The notes below the pieces were generated by a model. It ran no database searches and was not told the origin of the DNA. It saw only the letters and a program-made list of their open reading frames with translations. A stretch of DNA of 63,984 nucleotides, filler included, from Stramenopiles sp. TOSAG23-2 (Eukaryota), in NCBI GenBank assembly GCA_900128395.1. It is 5 parts of 5 records of this genome, joined end to end, with 100 filler letters (N's around TTAATTAATTAA, not from the genome) between each part and the next. Parts side by side here need not be neighbours in the genome. Positions count along the whole stretch, not along the records: positions 13,025 to 25,936 come from LT649828.1; positions 26,037 to 38,942 come from LT649829.1; 3 more parts are not named here. One strand, written 5' to 3'. The translations under genes and the position numbers were made by a program. Of the stretch, positions 24,401-34,888 are shown one piece after another. Position 1 is the first letter of the stretch. Each line of letters starts with the position of its first letter.

Positions 24401-24673
24401 CAGCAGTATGGTGGTAGTTACAATCAACAATATAACCAACCACAACCATATAGTCAACAGCAACAACAACAATATGCTCAATCACCATATTATCAACAAC
24501 AACAAGGTGGTAACAATAACAATAATAATTTTCAAAGAGAGGTAGATGCTGATAATTGGTCGCCTGGTGATTGGAGAAAGATGTCAGCATCGTATAACAA
24601 TCAAAATCAAAAAGGCGGTGTGAGTAGTGCACCATTTGCTAATGATTATACATGGGATAAAGAAAGATATTAA
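21470..24673 (+). CDS. Kinesin motor protein (kinesin-13-like) with a long low-complexity, Q/Y-rich tail
   Basis: KVCVRKRP, FDRVF, P-loop GQTGSGKT, SSRSHA, LVDLAGSE, IN.SL.ALK.C and EHSLNTLR. Confidence 0.93.
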   Translation: MGAAESNPVRNLDKRTARRTYRDAFRGAVKRYRTSARVAEQWAYLGEEGEKEWDEGALKVCVRKRPIFKPEIQGKEFDVLTVTHNKLITVHDARMHADMRRQLMNHHEFIFDRVFTAKANNDEVYLDTAAPLVKVALEGGFATCLMYGQTGSGKTYTMTSIYERAAFELFDSLKEGQTVSVSFVEIAGDKCNDLFNGFKSTQLLTGKDESVHAFPVVEPVVANADDLLAMINHGCGIRTTEATGVHDASSRSHAILRIYIQSGGGGGGFPGNREEEGVLTLVDLAGSEHRIDSMYHTAKLRKEGGQINASLMALKQCVHAKAAGKNASHIYRKSKLTMALKMSFILPSAKTVVIATVSPSSKDTEHSLNTLRHACVMDGQSKKETNKESKSSHIEGGNVRTVRVGVVQVSKEARKMKVMNAREKDKLLSNGNTFGHGAAHTEWAKAPTEKEIEKQHRLSERAAFKRLATKHKELLKKFRGRLGRDPRQEKRLQTYPQENIAWWGNKEENNNNNVSSVDQQWVEADIHQLIENDSHRQGRMVFQNNRNSNNKKKLPLAPPHVYRKLKSIIFNDVSLHINVKKRQLKKLLKKKGYSSDVPELRRDYVADVDDDNTYDDDYNNVQTQNDIVEEHIHSNNNDSNMKINSRSFNVQNITLPSSQNNYNAGEAFIPSEDFTGLKDGYAFKNGHLGVGYYLEGSSNNNNNNNNGSSNNTGIDYVNVVEEDLPYGGDINEAMRLQDRDAVRKIMATRSDYRSDSRNSDVSSGNKENGTASHTATRQQASLFKQVNKKPAKSRHQLARERRQKQIEKEQAALRKKQSSSRSGGGGSLHDEIEALEIEIANATTAASKVGLKKRLAQKKAVLIRQERKAGQARREAERAAEAERRRKKQLEKLQLESDDGNNMMNNEQVSPLSRAVANHDSMMQQQQYNLPPQKYQQGYAPQQCQQQLQPPPQYQYNQEQQQQYQYGKQQDYGQQQQQQYGGSYNQQYNQPQPYSQQQQQQYAQSPYYQQQQGGNNNNNNFQREVDADNWSPGDWRKMSASYNNQNQKGGVSSAPFANDYTWDKERY

Positions 24674-24862
24674 AGAGAGAGAAAAAGAGGTCTGATGATG
24701 TGCGTGAGAAATTTTTAATAAATTGCTTACTTTAATTTCGTAATGCTATTGTCTTATTAAATAATTATTTACTGTACGTTTGAATATTTAACCAAAGAAG
24801 AACATATATTTAAATACCAAAATACAAATATACACGCACACACATTTTATTTTAAATCTATC

Positions 24863-25414
24863 ATGAGACTAAATACATTATCTCAAAGACAAATATTGAT
24901 ATTTTCTCTCTCTATTAATAAAATATGTTTATCATCTTTTAGCATTAAATTACGTACAAAACATGATATGAACAAGATGTCACACAGGACGTCATTACAA
25001 GACTCTGTATTGTCGATTAGAAAAACGATAGAAAAATCTCGATTTGCATATAGAAAAGCTGAGACTTTAGTTTTAATTAAGAAGTATCCATTTACAATAA
25101 AGAAATTGGATGCAGTTCGAAGTAAACCTTGTTTTCCATTGAAACGACATGTTTACTTTGATGAATATATAGGTTCATCGATATTTTTAGTAAAATCGTT
25201 AAAAAAATATAAAATTGATGATCGTAGATATTATGAAAAGGATTTTTATAAATTTCAACCGACGAAACAAAAGAAATTTTTTATTGGTAATGATATAAAG
25301 GATGCAACTGATAGCATGTATGAGAAAAGAAAAGCAAATTATTTCCTCTTGCTTTTTCTTTTTCTTTGTCTGGGTATTCTTCTGTATGTCATATATTTGT
25401 GTGTGTGTGTGTGA
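24863..25414 (+). CDS. Hypothetical protein with a possible C-terminal membrane anchor; start uncertain
   Basis: 183-codon ORF in AT-rich DNA with a hydrophobic end. No family recognised. Confidence 0.35.
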   Translation: MRLNTLSQRQILIFSLSINKICLSSFSIKLRTKHDMNKMSHRTSLQDSVLSIRKTIEKSRFAYRKAETLVLIKKYPFTIKKLDAVRSKPCFPLKRHVYFDEYIGSSIFLVKSLKKYKIDDRRYYEKDFYKFQPTKQKKFFIGNDIKDATDSMYEKRKANYFLLLFLFLCLGILLYVIYLCVCV

Positions 25415-25936
25415 TTGGTGACATTTACAAACCTGGCTAGAGCTAACCGCTAGAGCTAAGTACTCATACGTAATGATGTACTCATACTGTACTTGTTGCA
25501 GTTGTTTGCAGTTACCATAATACAGTAGCTAGCTAACGTTTTTTGTTGGAAATATCAATCTTCCATCTGGGCTGGGAAAGCTCGAAAAATCTGTATATCG
25601 AATTTAAGGATACACTGCCCTATATAAAAGGCATGTCTAAAAGAGATTTTAAGGTCTAATTATAATTCTAGAATAATCACAGCAGCGCAGTATTTTTTGA
25701 TAATATTCATGCTTGTTATTTTATGCATTTTTATATAAGATACATCATATAAATAGTCATCTATATATAATACAATATTATGGTATTAATACATATGTTA
25801 ATGTAAAAATGAAAGATATCTATCCTTCGAAAAGAAACAGAAATTCAATATAATAATTAAAACATATATCCATCATAATTATAGTTACACAATAAAAGTT
25901 TCGAAATTTAAACAAAAGAAAAAATATGATTAAATT

Positions 25937-26036
25937 NNNNNNNNNNNNNNNNNNNNNNNNNNNNNNNNNNNNNNNNNNNNTTAATTAATTAANNNNNNNN
26001 NNNNNNNNNNNNNNNNNNNNNNNNNNNNNNNNNNNN
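25937..26036. other. Artificial contig linker
   Basis: N44-TTAATTAATTAA-N44. Confidence 0.98.
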
Positions 26037-27799
26037 TGCCGCTGGGACTTACATGAGTGCGACACTTTCGGTAGATATGTGGGACAAAGAAAAAGAAGGC
26101 TATGATTATGACACTGGTCAGTGCTCAATAGCAATGTGTGGACATTATACTCAAACTTCTTGGGCTACTAGTAGCAAAATAGGATGTGGTATTACTGAAT
26201 GTGACGATATTCAAGGTGCAGGATTTGGAGGCATACACGTAGTGTGCAATTATGCTCCAGGTGGAAATGTCAATGGCCGTAAACCTTATAAAAAAGGTGA
26301 ACGTGGGACAAATTGCGCAGATGGATTAGAAGCGCAAATGTATATGAATTATGGTAAATTGTGTGCTGCTCCAGGTTCATTGAGGGAATCATCAAAAACA
26401 ACAAGTGAGGTACCAAGTTTTGATGCATCTCTCCTAACGGATAAAGGATGTTACCTTTCTAAGGATTGCGGTACGCCGTTGCTTTCTGATGGCTGGATAA
26501 TTAAAGCAAGAGTGAGGAAAATTAATTCTGAAATTGAATTAATTGGTGAAGCGAACTATGAAAGTGGATCAATTGGTGGTGCCATTGTTATTTTAATTAT
26601 AGCTGTCTTCTTTTGTTCCATGGGCCATCATGCAAGAATAGAAGGAACTTTTGCTCGAAAACTTGATTTTGCACATCGATCAGGAATATTTTCTGCAGAA
26701 TTCCCTAAAGATTTGCAGCATGCACGATCTCGAAGAAATTCTATGGTCAACAAAACACACAAAATACTATGTTTCAACAGTACTGATGCTGCCTTTCAAA
26801 GAGGATTATTCCTTACGCTGTATATTTTTCAGACAATCTGCGCTTTAATTGTGTTCTGTATTATTTTTGCAATAACTGATTTTTGGGCAAGCTGGTTTGC
26901 TCAGTTTTGGATCACATCGCATATAATTATATTCATTGAGTCAATATTTAAATGTTTTTTTTGTTTTCAAAAAAGAATCCATATATAAATTGAAACAAAC
27001 TGCTTTCGTAGCACTATTTGATATTTCACTTTTAGTTTTAATTGGCATTTCGTGTATAACTATTTCTTCCGTAGAAACGAAGAATTTCAATACGTTGCCG
27101 AAAACACGTTGGGTAGTTGTCGTCATATTTGCATATTTAACGTTCGTATTAAGTGGTATGAGCACATTCTTCTCTTACTCAACTTGGCACATTGCAAATG
27201 CACCAGATTTTGGTATTGGAAAAAATTTAAGGAATCATCGTGGTATGGCAGACGGAGTGATGAAATGCCAACGTATTTTCCAAGCAACTGTATCTTTGAT
27301 TGTATTTATTCTTATTCTAGTATCACCGTTTTATCAAGTATATACTTCCGCTGTAGTTTGTTGTGTCATTTCATTTTTACAAATGGTTTTAGCAAGTGTA
27401 GAATTTGGGGCCTCGATAATAGACAAGGATAAGCGGAAAAAATATTTTGGTGAAGATAAAGTTCACTTTTTCATATTTTTCGCATGTGATGTGATAAGTA
27501 TGGTATCAATGTGCTTATTGGGATTGGGTATAGGTGATGTTTTAAAATCAGACACAGCATTAGCAGCAAGTGGGCTGTGTTTCATTCTATTTGTAAGTTA
27601 TGCTATTACAACTGTTTTATTGTTTTTAGCATTAAGAGGTGATTTGCCAAGTTTAAGTAAGCCAGAAATACCAGTGGTAGGAGTCTGTATTGAAGAAACA
27701 GATATGGCTGGAGATGCACATAACGCAAAATCAAATGCTGTGAATAACAACGTACAAATTGTCGAAGTTTCTTCTGTTGTGATTAAAGAGGATAAATAG
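26037..27799 (+). CDS. CAP/SCP (PR-1-like) domain protein with a multi-pass membrane C-terminus; 5'-truncated and frameshifted at about 26955-26962
   Basis: CGHYTQ..WA....IGCG...VVCNYAPGGN is the CAP signature. ORFs 26053-26988 and 26936-27799 join if one T is removed from the T8 run. About 9 TM segments in two similar four-helix blocks. Confidence 0.75.
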
Positions 27800-28267
27800 T
27801 AGTGTTGCGTATCTAGAAAAAGATTTTAAATATCCGTGTTTCGATGTAGTTTGTTTTGTGTTCTAATTAAAATATTTTTTTTAAAAAAATGCTAAAGTGA
27901 TAGTTCAGACAAAGTATGAATAAAACCTTAAAAACGTACAGTCCGGAATGACACATCCTCACATCCTCACAGCTAAAATTAACCGTTATGCACATACAGT
28001 TTGCATTTTTATGCCCAATGCACTATCAATAAAAATATACATTTCTATATATACATCTATGCATGTCATAATTTAATAAATGCGAATGAGTATGTACATT
28101 AAAATAAAAGTATCAGAAAAAGATTGCGACATTAATTCTTTTTTTTTCATTTTCCTTCCCTATAGCAATTGCAAAGTGATCACACATACGTACAGACAGA
28201 CAGAGATACATACATATATAAGACGCATAACCATAATTTGATATAATCAAAAAAAGAAGTACAAATC

Positions 28268-29291
28268 ATGAAACAACAAGTAGGTAAAAAAGTACATTTA
28301 AAATTAAGTCTTCATTTGGATAATACTGATAAATTAAAAAATGCAATAGTAACGAAAGAAATACATTATACGAAACAAAATTTACAATCGATAAGTAACA
28401 ATAAAAGAAATAAAAAAACGAAAAAAACGTTGTCAAACATTACCTAAGAAATTTCTCGACCAATTTTATGAAAAAATATGGTCCCTTTGCCTGAGTCGAC
28501 AACATGATGATAATGACGAGGATACAATGACAACTGAAAAACAGGTGAATATAACAAATGCTCGAAACGATATACGTAGAACATATGATATACCTACAAA
28601 AGCAGAACGCCATGCCAAAAAACTGATGCCATGGGAGTTGATGAATGGAGAATTGCCTCAATTAAGACAAATGGATGAAGAGGATGAAAATTATTATCAA
28701 TTTGTAAATTTAGATGGATTGTTGAAACCATTATTATTATCGAAGGAAATCCATAATAATGATGTTAATACTAATAATAACATACATGTTGAAAGGCGTG
28801 CGGTAGTATATCATATCATGAAAAATGTAAAAGCAGGTGAAGGGGGGCTATATGAAACCGCATTGTTACAAAATATAGAATTGAGAAAACGATTGAATGC
28901 AGCAGGAGAACGAATAAATTATTTAGAAAAAGAAAATGAGGTTATTTTTCGAACAGCTGAGGAACGTATTGAAGAGAATGCAGAGATGATAGATATAGTT
29001 TTAAAACGGAATAAAGAGAAATTATTAGAAGCACAAGAAAAAGCAGAGCAAGCCAAAGTTGCTGCTTTAAATTTAACAGAATCGTTGAAAAATGTAAAGC
29101 TGGAATTGGAAAAAACGAAAAAGAAATTAAATAAAAGCATAGAACAACGAGAAAAACATGTAAAGGATTTAAGATTAGCAAAGAAAGAAAATGATAAAAT
29201 GACTTTTGAATTAAAAACAAAATATTATGAAACAAATGCACAGCCAAGTTTATGGGAATTAACATCAACAAAAAAACAGAGCAATAAATAA
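28268..29291 (+). CDS. Coiled-coil hypothetical protein, probably frameshifted near 28412-28427
   Basis: The frame from ATG 28268 stops at 28447. The frame of ORF 28527-29291 is open from 28395, and removing one A from an A7 run joins the two. Heptad-rich C-terminal half. Confidence 0.55.
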
Positions 29292-29561
29292 TCATAACGA
29301 TAAAAAACAAACGTCGTAATAGCAAAGATAAGCAGAAATATAATGAAGGAGAGAATATTCTCCTTGATGAAGGAGAAAAAAATGCAAATGTGTTATAAAA
29401 ATATACTCGTACACGAGTATATGAGAAAGTAGAAGATGTGTCCGAAATGCAACAGATGTGTGAGAAGATTAAATAAAAATTTGCGTAAAAGACACATGTT
29501 GTTTTTAAAAAAATACTCGTACAACTTTATAATATATTGGTTTTTATTGGTGCTTTTCTTC

Positions 29562-30599
29562 TCAAACTTTTTCTAAAAATAAAGCTCCACGAAATCCTCT
29601 GCTATCAATACCAATTTTAAATACATATCCATTATTACGTAAATATTCTGCAGTCGTATAAAACAATACACCTTCCGCTTGATGTCCTTCTTTATGATGC
29701 CCTGTACCAGTAATTATCCAAATATTATTATCACCTTTATATTGTGGCAATACAACATTTAAGACTTTTTCCACTTCATATTTTGCAATAAAATGTAAAT
29801 CTATACATCGATCAGATGAATTTTCATTTACTTTACCAAAACGTTGTAATGGATTTGAAATTTCTAAAAAAACATTGGAATCTCGATTTCGTTGATCTTG
29901 CCAAAGTTCTATTGGAATTTCAACACTTTTTATTCCTTTAGTTAATATTGTTTTCTCCTCTTTTGTATAGTTGCGTCTTCCAGATTTGGATGCTTGATCA
30001 AATAAAGAAGATGTTGTTGATTCATAATTCATGTTATTATTGCTATTGTAAGCTTGATATGTTTGTGAATAATTATTATAATTACCAACATTTGTATTAT
30101 TCATGGTATTATTATTATTTACTACTTGTTGTTCTTGTTTTGGCCATTGTTGTGGTATCAATGTCGGATCGTTGTTTTTATTATTACTGTTGTAAATATT
30201 GTTTGATGGTGTCCATTCCATTGCGTTGACCGAAGCCGAGGAAAAAGGATTGACTTCAGGATGAAAATATAAACAACCTGCTTGTCTACACTCACTACCA
30301 AATCTACAAGGTTGTGATGCAAACATTGATATGAATGAAGCAGCTTCTTCATCATTTGGATGCCTCATCGTGCATCGTTTACCATATGGGCATATATCTG
30401 CTAGGTATGCCAAACATACCTTGCGATTATCAACGGGAATACATTTTTTTCTCTCATGTCGATATATACATGCTTTACCACGGTTACACGCGCTGCCATA
30501 TTTACACAATGGCATTAATTTTTTAACATTATTATTACTATTATTATGATTACCTTTTTTTTTTTTCGGTCTTAAATATATTCCATGAACACGTTGCAT
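29562..30599 (-). CDS. CCCH zinc-finger (x3) + Smr domain protein
   Basis: CKYGSACNRGKACIYRH, CLAYLADICPYGKRCTMRH and CRFGSECRQAGCLYFH. Smr motif IDLH...WIITGTGHH. Start taken at MQRVHG (ATG 30599). Confidence 0.85.
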   Translation of the reverse strand: MQRVHGIYLRPKKKKGNHNNSNNNVKKLMPLCKYGSACNRGKACIYRHERKKCIPVDNRKVCLAYLADICPYGKRCTMRHPNDEEAASFISMFASQPCRFGSECRQAGCLYFHPEVNPFSSASVNAMEWTPSNNIYNSNNKNNDPTLIPQQWPKQEQQVVNNNNTMNNTNVGNYNNYSQTYQAYNSNNNMNYESTTSSLFDQASKSGRRNYTKEEKTILTKGIKSVEIPIELWQDQRNRDSNVFLEISNPLQRFGKVNENSSDRCIDLHFIAKYEVEKVLNVVLPQYKGDNNIWIITGTGHHKEGHQAEGVLFYTTAEYLRNNGYVFKIGIDSRGFRGALFLEKV

Positions 30600-31001
30600 G
30601 TTTGTGGTATATCTTTCTTCTTTTTTTTTAAAATAAAAATATAGAAATAAAAATAAAAAAACAAAATAGAAATATACTAAATGTTTGCGTATACAATAAT
30701 ATATTATATATATAGATGGAACGATGAAACAACTTGTACGCAAAGAAGGGAAATTGTTTTATATGTAAATTATGTAGTAGTACTAGTACTGCAACTACTT
30801 TTTTGCGAAGAAGAATAATTTTATTATGGATGAGACGTGGATGCGCATCGATTGGATACAAAATTGGTATTCTAATTTCCTTTTCAAGTATAAATAGCAA
30901 CGCTATACGATAATATATTGATATACTAAAAAAATATAATAAATATTTTATGATGCAGATGAGACATCAGAAAAATATATATATATTTCCAAAAATTATT
31001 T

Positions 31002-32450
31002 TTATAAATGTGATCGGAACGATTCAGTAGCAAAGATTGAATTCAAACCAGGACCTCTTGTTACCCATTTTTCATCCACACCAGCTTGTTGTAAATGTGG
31101 ACGGTATTTTTCCAACGCTTTATGATGCAATGCAATCACATTGTATGGAGTGAAATTAATTTCATCTTGCGTTTTTGCTGCACGATTTACATATTTAGCA
31201 AGTACTTGACGTGCAATCGTAACTTTATGTACCTCTGTTGGTCCATCAGCAATACCTTGTACATGGCCAGACATCAAATAACGAGTAAATGGCAATTCCC
31301 AGCTAACACCTAAGCCACCATGCAACCTCATGGCATGCGTAACAACAATATCGATAACTTTTGGTACCATTGCTTTGACGGCAGCAATATCTTTTCGTAC
31401 TGCACGATAATTTTTTGGATTTTGATCAATCAACCATGCAGTACGTAAAACAAGCAATTTAAATTGTTCCAATGCCATCCAACAATCAGCAACTTTTTCT
31501 TGTGTCATTTGTTTCAATGCCAATTTTTCCCCTTGCGTTGTGCGGCTTTGTGCACGTTCACACATCATATCAAACGCTCTTTTGCAGGTACCAATAGTAC
31601 GCATACCATAATGAATACGCCCACCAGATAAACGAGTTTGTGCAACAAGGAAACCTTCCCCACGTCTACCTAATAAATGATCAAATGGTACACGAACATT
31701 TTTATATTCAACATAACCATGATCACCACCTGGTAAGCCTCTTTCAGGATCATGTAAATCCAATTCATGGATACCAGTACCAACATTACGCAAAATTGTT
31801 ACACCAGGTGTAGTTGCTGGAATAATAAACATGGACATGGATGAATGCCTACTTGCTTCTGGATCTGTCACTGCCATCATTAAAAAGAATGCTGCATATT
31901 TTGCACTTGAAGACCATAATTTTGCTCCATTAATAACCCATTCATTTGTATCTGGATCAAGTTCAGCACGTGATACGAATGTAGTTGGATCAGCGCCACC
32001 TGCTGGTTCGGTCATGGAATAGCATGAAGATATTTTATCTTGTAATAATGGTTCAAGGAATTCTTTCTTTTGTTTTGGTGTTCCATAATGTGCAAGAATT
32101 TCACTATTGCCAGTATCAGGTGCAGCAGTTCCAAATACTTTTGGTGCACAACGAGAACGTCCAAGTATAAGGTTCATGCAAGCTAATTTAAATTGACCAT
32201 AGCCGGGACCACCAAGTTCAGGCCCTAAATGACATGCCCATAAACCTTGATCTCGCACTTTTTGTTGCAATGGCGGGAATAAAGCTGCACGTGCAGGATG
32301 GGTCGTATCGTATGGCGAAAATCCAAATGTATCAAGTGGCTCTACTTCCTCTTTGACAAACTTGTCCATCCACTTTAATTTTTCAATAAATTCTGGCTGA
32401 ATGCCGAATAATTTCAAATCTCTGCCGATAAATTCATCAAAATCTTCCAT
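31002..32450 (-). CDS. Acyl-CoA dehydrogenase (ACAD10/11 / FadE2-like), predicted peroxisomal
   Basis: APDTGNSEIL..YGT, SMTEP.GGAD, INGAKLWSS, AQTRL.GGRIH, HGGLGVS and IADGPTEVH. C-terminal -SHL is a PTS1 variant. Confidence 0.93.
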   Translation of the reverse strand: MEDFDEFIGRDLKLFGIQPEFIEKLKWMDKFVKEEVEPLDTFGFSPYDTTHPARAALFPPLQQKVRDQGLWACHLGPELGGPGYGQFKLACMNLILGRSRCAPKVFGTAAPDTGNSEILAHYGTPKQKKEFLEPLLQDKISSCYSMTEPAGGADPTTFVSRAELDPDTNEWVINGAKLWSSSAKYAAFFLMMAVTDPEASRHSSMSMFIIPATTPGVTILRNVGTGIHELDLHDPERGLPGGDHGYVEYKNVRVPFDHLLGRRGEGFLVAQTRLSGGRIHYGMRTIGTCKRAFDMMCERAQSRTTQGEKLALKQMTQEKVADCWMALEQFKLLVLRTAWLIDQNPKNYRAVRKDIAAVKAMVPKVIDIVVTHAMRLHGGLGVSWELPFTRYLMSGHVQGIADGPTEVHKVTIARQVLAKYVNRAAKTQDEINFTPYNVIALHHKALEKYRPHLQQAGVDEKWVTRGPGLNSIFATESFRSHL

Positions 32451-33011
32451 ATTTCTTTTTTGTTTCTGTTGGTTGGTTTTATTATTTGTGTTTTTTGTTG
32501 TTTTAGTAGTAGTAATAATATCTGTTCGTTTTAGTAATATAACTGTTTCTGTATACTGTGTTTCTGTATGTATCTAGATATATATTGATGTTGATGGTGT
32601 CCTTCTATATCAATTGTGATTATATATATACCTCTGATAAGATTAATAAATATATGTGTAAAATCTCCTCTGGTTGGACGGGTGAAGTGCATTCGTAATA
32701 TTGTACCTGTGGTATTCTAACGATTCATATATATAGGCAATAATTTTTACAATTACATATGAGATTTGTACAAAACAATGGCACCAGGTGATAATAAAGG
32801 TGATAATGATGTTTGTGAATTACTATTAAAATTTCCAGTATTATTAGCTCACCAGCTCAATGCCTTGATGATGTAGATGACGTTTTACTAGTAGTATTTA
32901 TCGGTCTCACGTTTGCAAATAAATTGTTGGATGTCGAATAGAATCAAAAATGAACGTGTGCCTGAATGCATGCTTGTTAAAGTACCCCTGAGACATTTCA
33001 TCAATGACATT

Positions 33012-33300
33012 CAGCCCAGCCAGAGAGGGAGCAAAGAGTTTACATACTGTAAGCTACCCAGCTACCACCTGGTGGTAGTATAATATTAATATCCTCCTAT
33101 TTACAATTGTACTTCTCTTTGTTGCCACTTTTGCCACCAGCTTTTGCGGGCTTGCCAGCTTGCTAGCCCAGCTAGCTCTAGACTAGCCAGGCTAGCCAGC
33201 TAGCGGGCTTTCCTTGTCAGAATACTGGCAAGGAAAATCTCTGGTGTCCAGAGTAGGGCTAGCCTGGGCTAGAGCTAGCTTGCCCAGGGCTTGCTCCTTG
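33012..33300. promoter_or_regulatory. GC-rich CCAG/CTAG/AGCT island between divergent genes
   Basis: Dense GCCAGC/GCTAGC/CCTGG words in otherwise very AT-rich intergenic DNA, with similar islands at other 5' regions. Confidence 0.45.
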
Positions 33301-33878
33301 CTATTTTTTTATTTTTTACCAATCTATCTTAATTTTATACTTATTAGACTATATAAGTTCAAAATAGCTAAAAGAAAGCCTATTATCTATTATCTAGTAT
33401 CCTCGTATGCTTAGATAGAGCTATTTACTGTATCCTATACGAGTATTTAAATATACAGTAGAATTTAGAGCTACGACGTATATCTAATCCAAAACGAAAA
33501 ACGCGATGATAAATGATGATACGCACATTAACATACCTGGTATGATGAATGATGATAAAAATACATGTATAACATAAACACACATTTCAATACATTAACA
33601 TGTAAACCAGTAACAGACACTGTCCATCAACGCCACCTTGTATCGATTTGCAACATTTATACCTGTTAATCGAAGCAAACATTCTTTCCTTAGAGCGGAT
33701 GTAATATCAAAGATACTAAAAATAATTGTAACTGTATTATTATAATTATAAACAATTAAATAAATATATAGTCTTCTACAAATCTTTAATATTATTAAAA
33801 ACATTTAGAAATTCGACTAAACAAGCATCAAAATTCAAAATAGTATTAATTCTTTATTGTTAAAATTCTGTTATTATA

Positions 33879-34313
33879 ATGCCGACCGATTCATCAGTAG
33901 TAGAATGGATGATACCTAATAAGAAAATGATAGAAGAGCTCATGGAGACTGATATCGATGCAGCAAATATATTAGATCGTGAAACAAGTGAGAAAGGCAA
34001 AAATGGGAAATACAAGCTGGAAGCTGCGGAAGGGAATTCAATGTTACTGATCAAATTATTAGATTGTCAATTATACGGGATGGCAAAAACGTTTCTGAAA
34101 GATCTTAATCCACGTTATACGTATGGTTTTGATGAAAAAAAATACAAATATGAGAAAGAGAAGCACTTGGATACTTCTCATGTATTGAATAATAGTGTTC
34201 CTAAAGGCAAAAAGGCAGAGGATTATGAAGAAGAATTAAATGAAAGATTTGCTACTATGCTACGGTTAGAGGATGCAGGCGTAGAATTGTCATCTTCAGA
34301 GGATGATTACTAA
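33879..34313 (+). CDS. Hypothetical acidic protein
   Basis: 144-aa ORF with coding-like composition. No family recognised. Confidence 0.55.
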   Translation: MPTDSSVVEWMIPNKKMIEELMETDIDAANILDRETSEKGKNGKYKLEAAEGNSMLLIKLLDCQLYGMAKTFLKDLNPRYTYGFDEKKYKYEKEKHLDTSHVLNNSVPKGKKAEDYEEELNERFATMLRLEDAGVELSSSEDDY

Positions 34314-34888
34314 TACTGCGAGTAGTTACTCCAAAGTGAAGATAAGATATAATTAAATAGAATAATCCAAATGAGATTAAGATGGTGTGGTGGATTAAAT
34401 TAGAGATTTTTCATCGCAGCTTTACACTAGCAATATTATTTACTAGTCGTAAAATATTTCCTATCAAAAAGTATCAAAAAGTACCAATAACCATAATTTA
34501 TACTTGAAAGTGGAATTAGAATATGATACTACTAGTATATAGTTTAGCCAGGTTTAGGTTAGCTTTATTTTTATGCTGATTCCGACTATTTGACGGCATC
34601 ATCAAAATGGGCCACCTGGAAAAACACGACCCCCCCCCCCCCCCCCCCCCCACCAAAAATACCTTGAAAACGCGAAAAAAGAAGTAGTGAAAAAAACAAA
34701 AAAACAACAAAAATCTGCAATTTTCAAGCCTCATCTTTCAGGTTATTTTAATTTGTTGTAGAAATATAATAGCTATAATATATTGTTTTTTTTAAGTTGT
34801 TTGAAGAAATTCCACTGTTGTCATCACCACGACAGCGTTTATTGTTGATATTTGAAAAAATAAAATTTTATATCTCTCTTTAAAAAAG

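Noticed and set aside
26950-28430. Programmed ribosomal frameshifting at T8 and A7 runs
   Set aside because: Single-base homopolymer errors are the simpler explanation given the other assembly defects. No stimulatory structure was seen, and read data would be needed.
34630-34651. Poly-C run as a G-quadruplex or telomeric element
   Set aside because: It is a simple homopolymer of uncertain length with no telomeric repeat unit.
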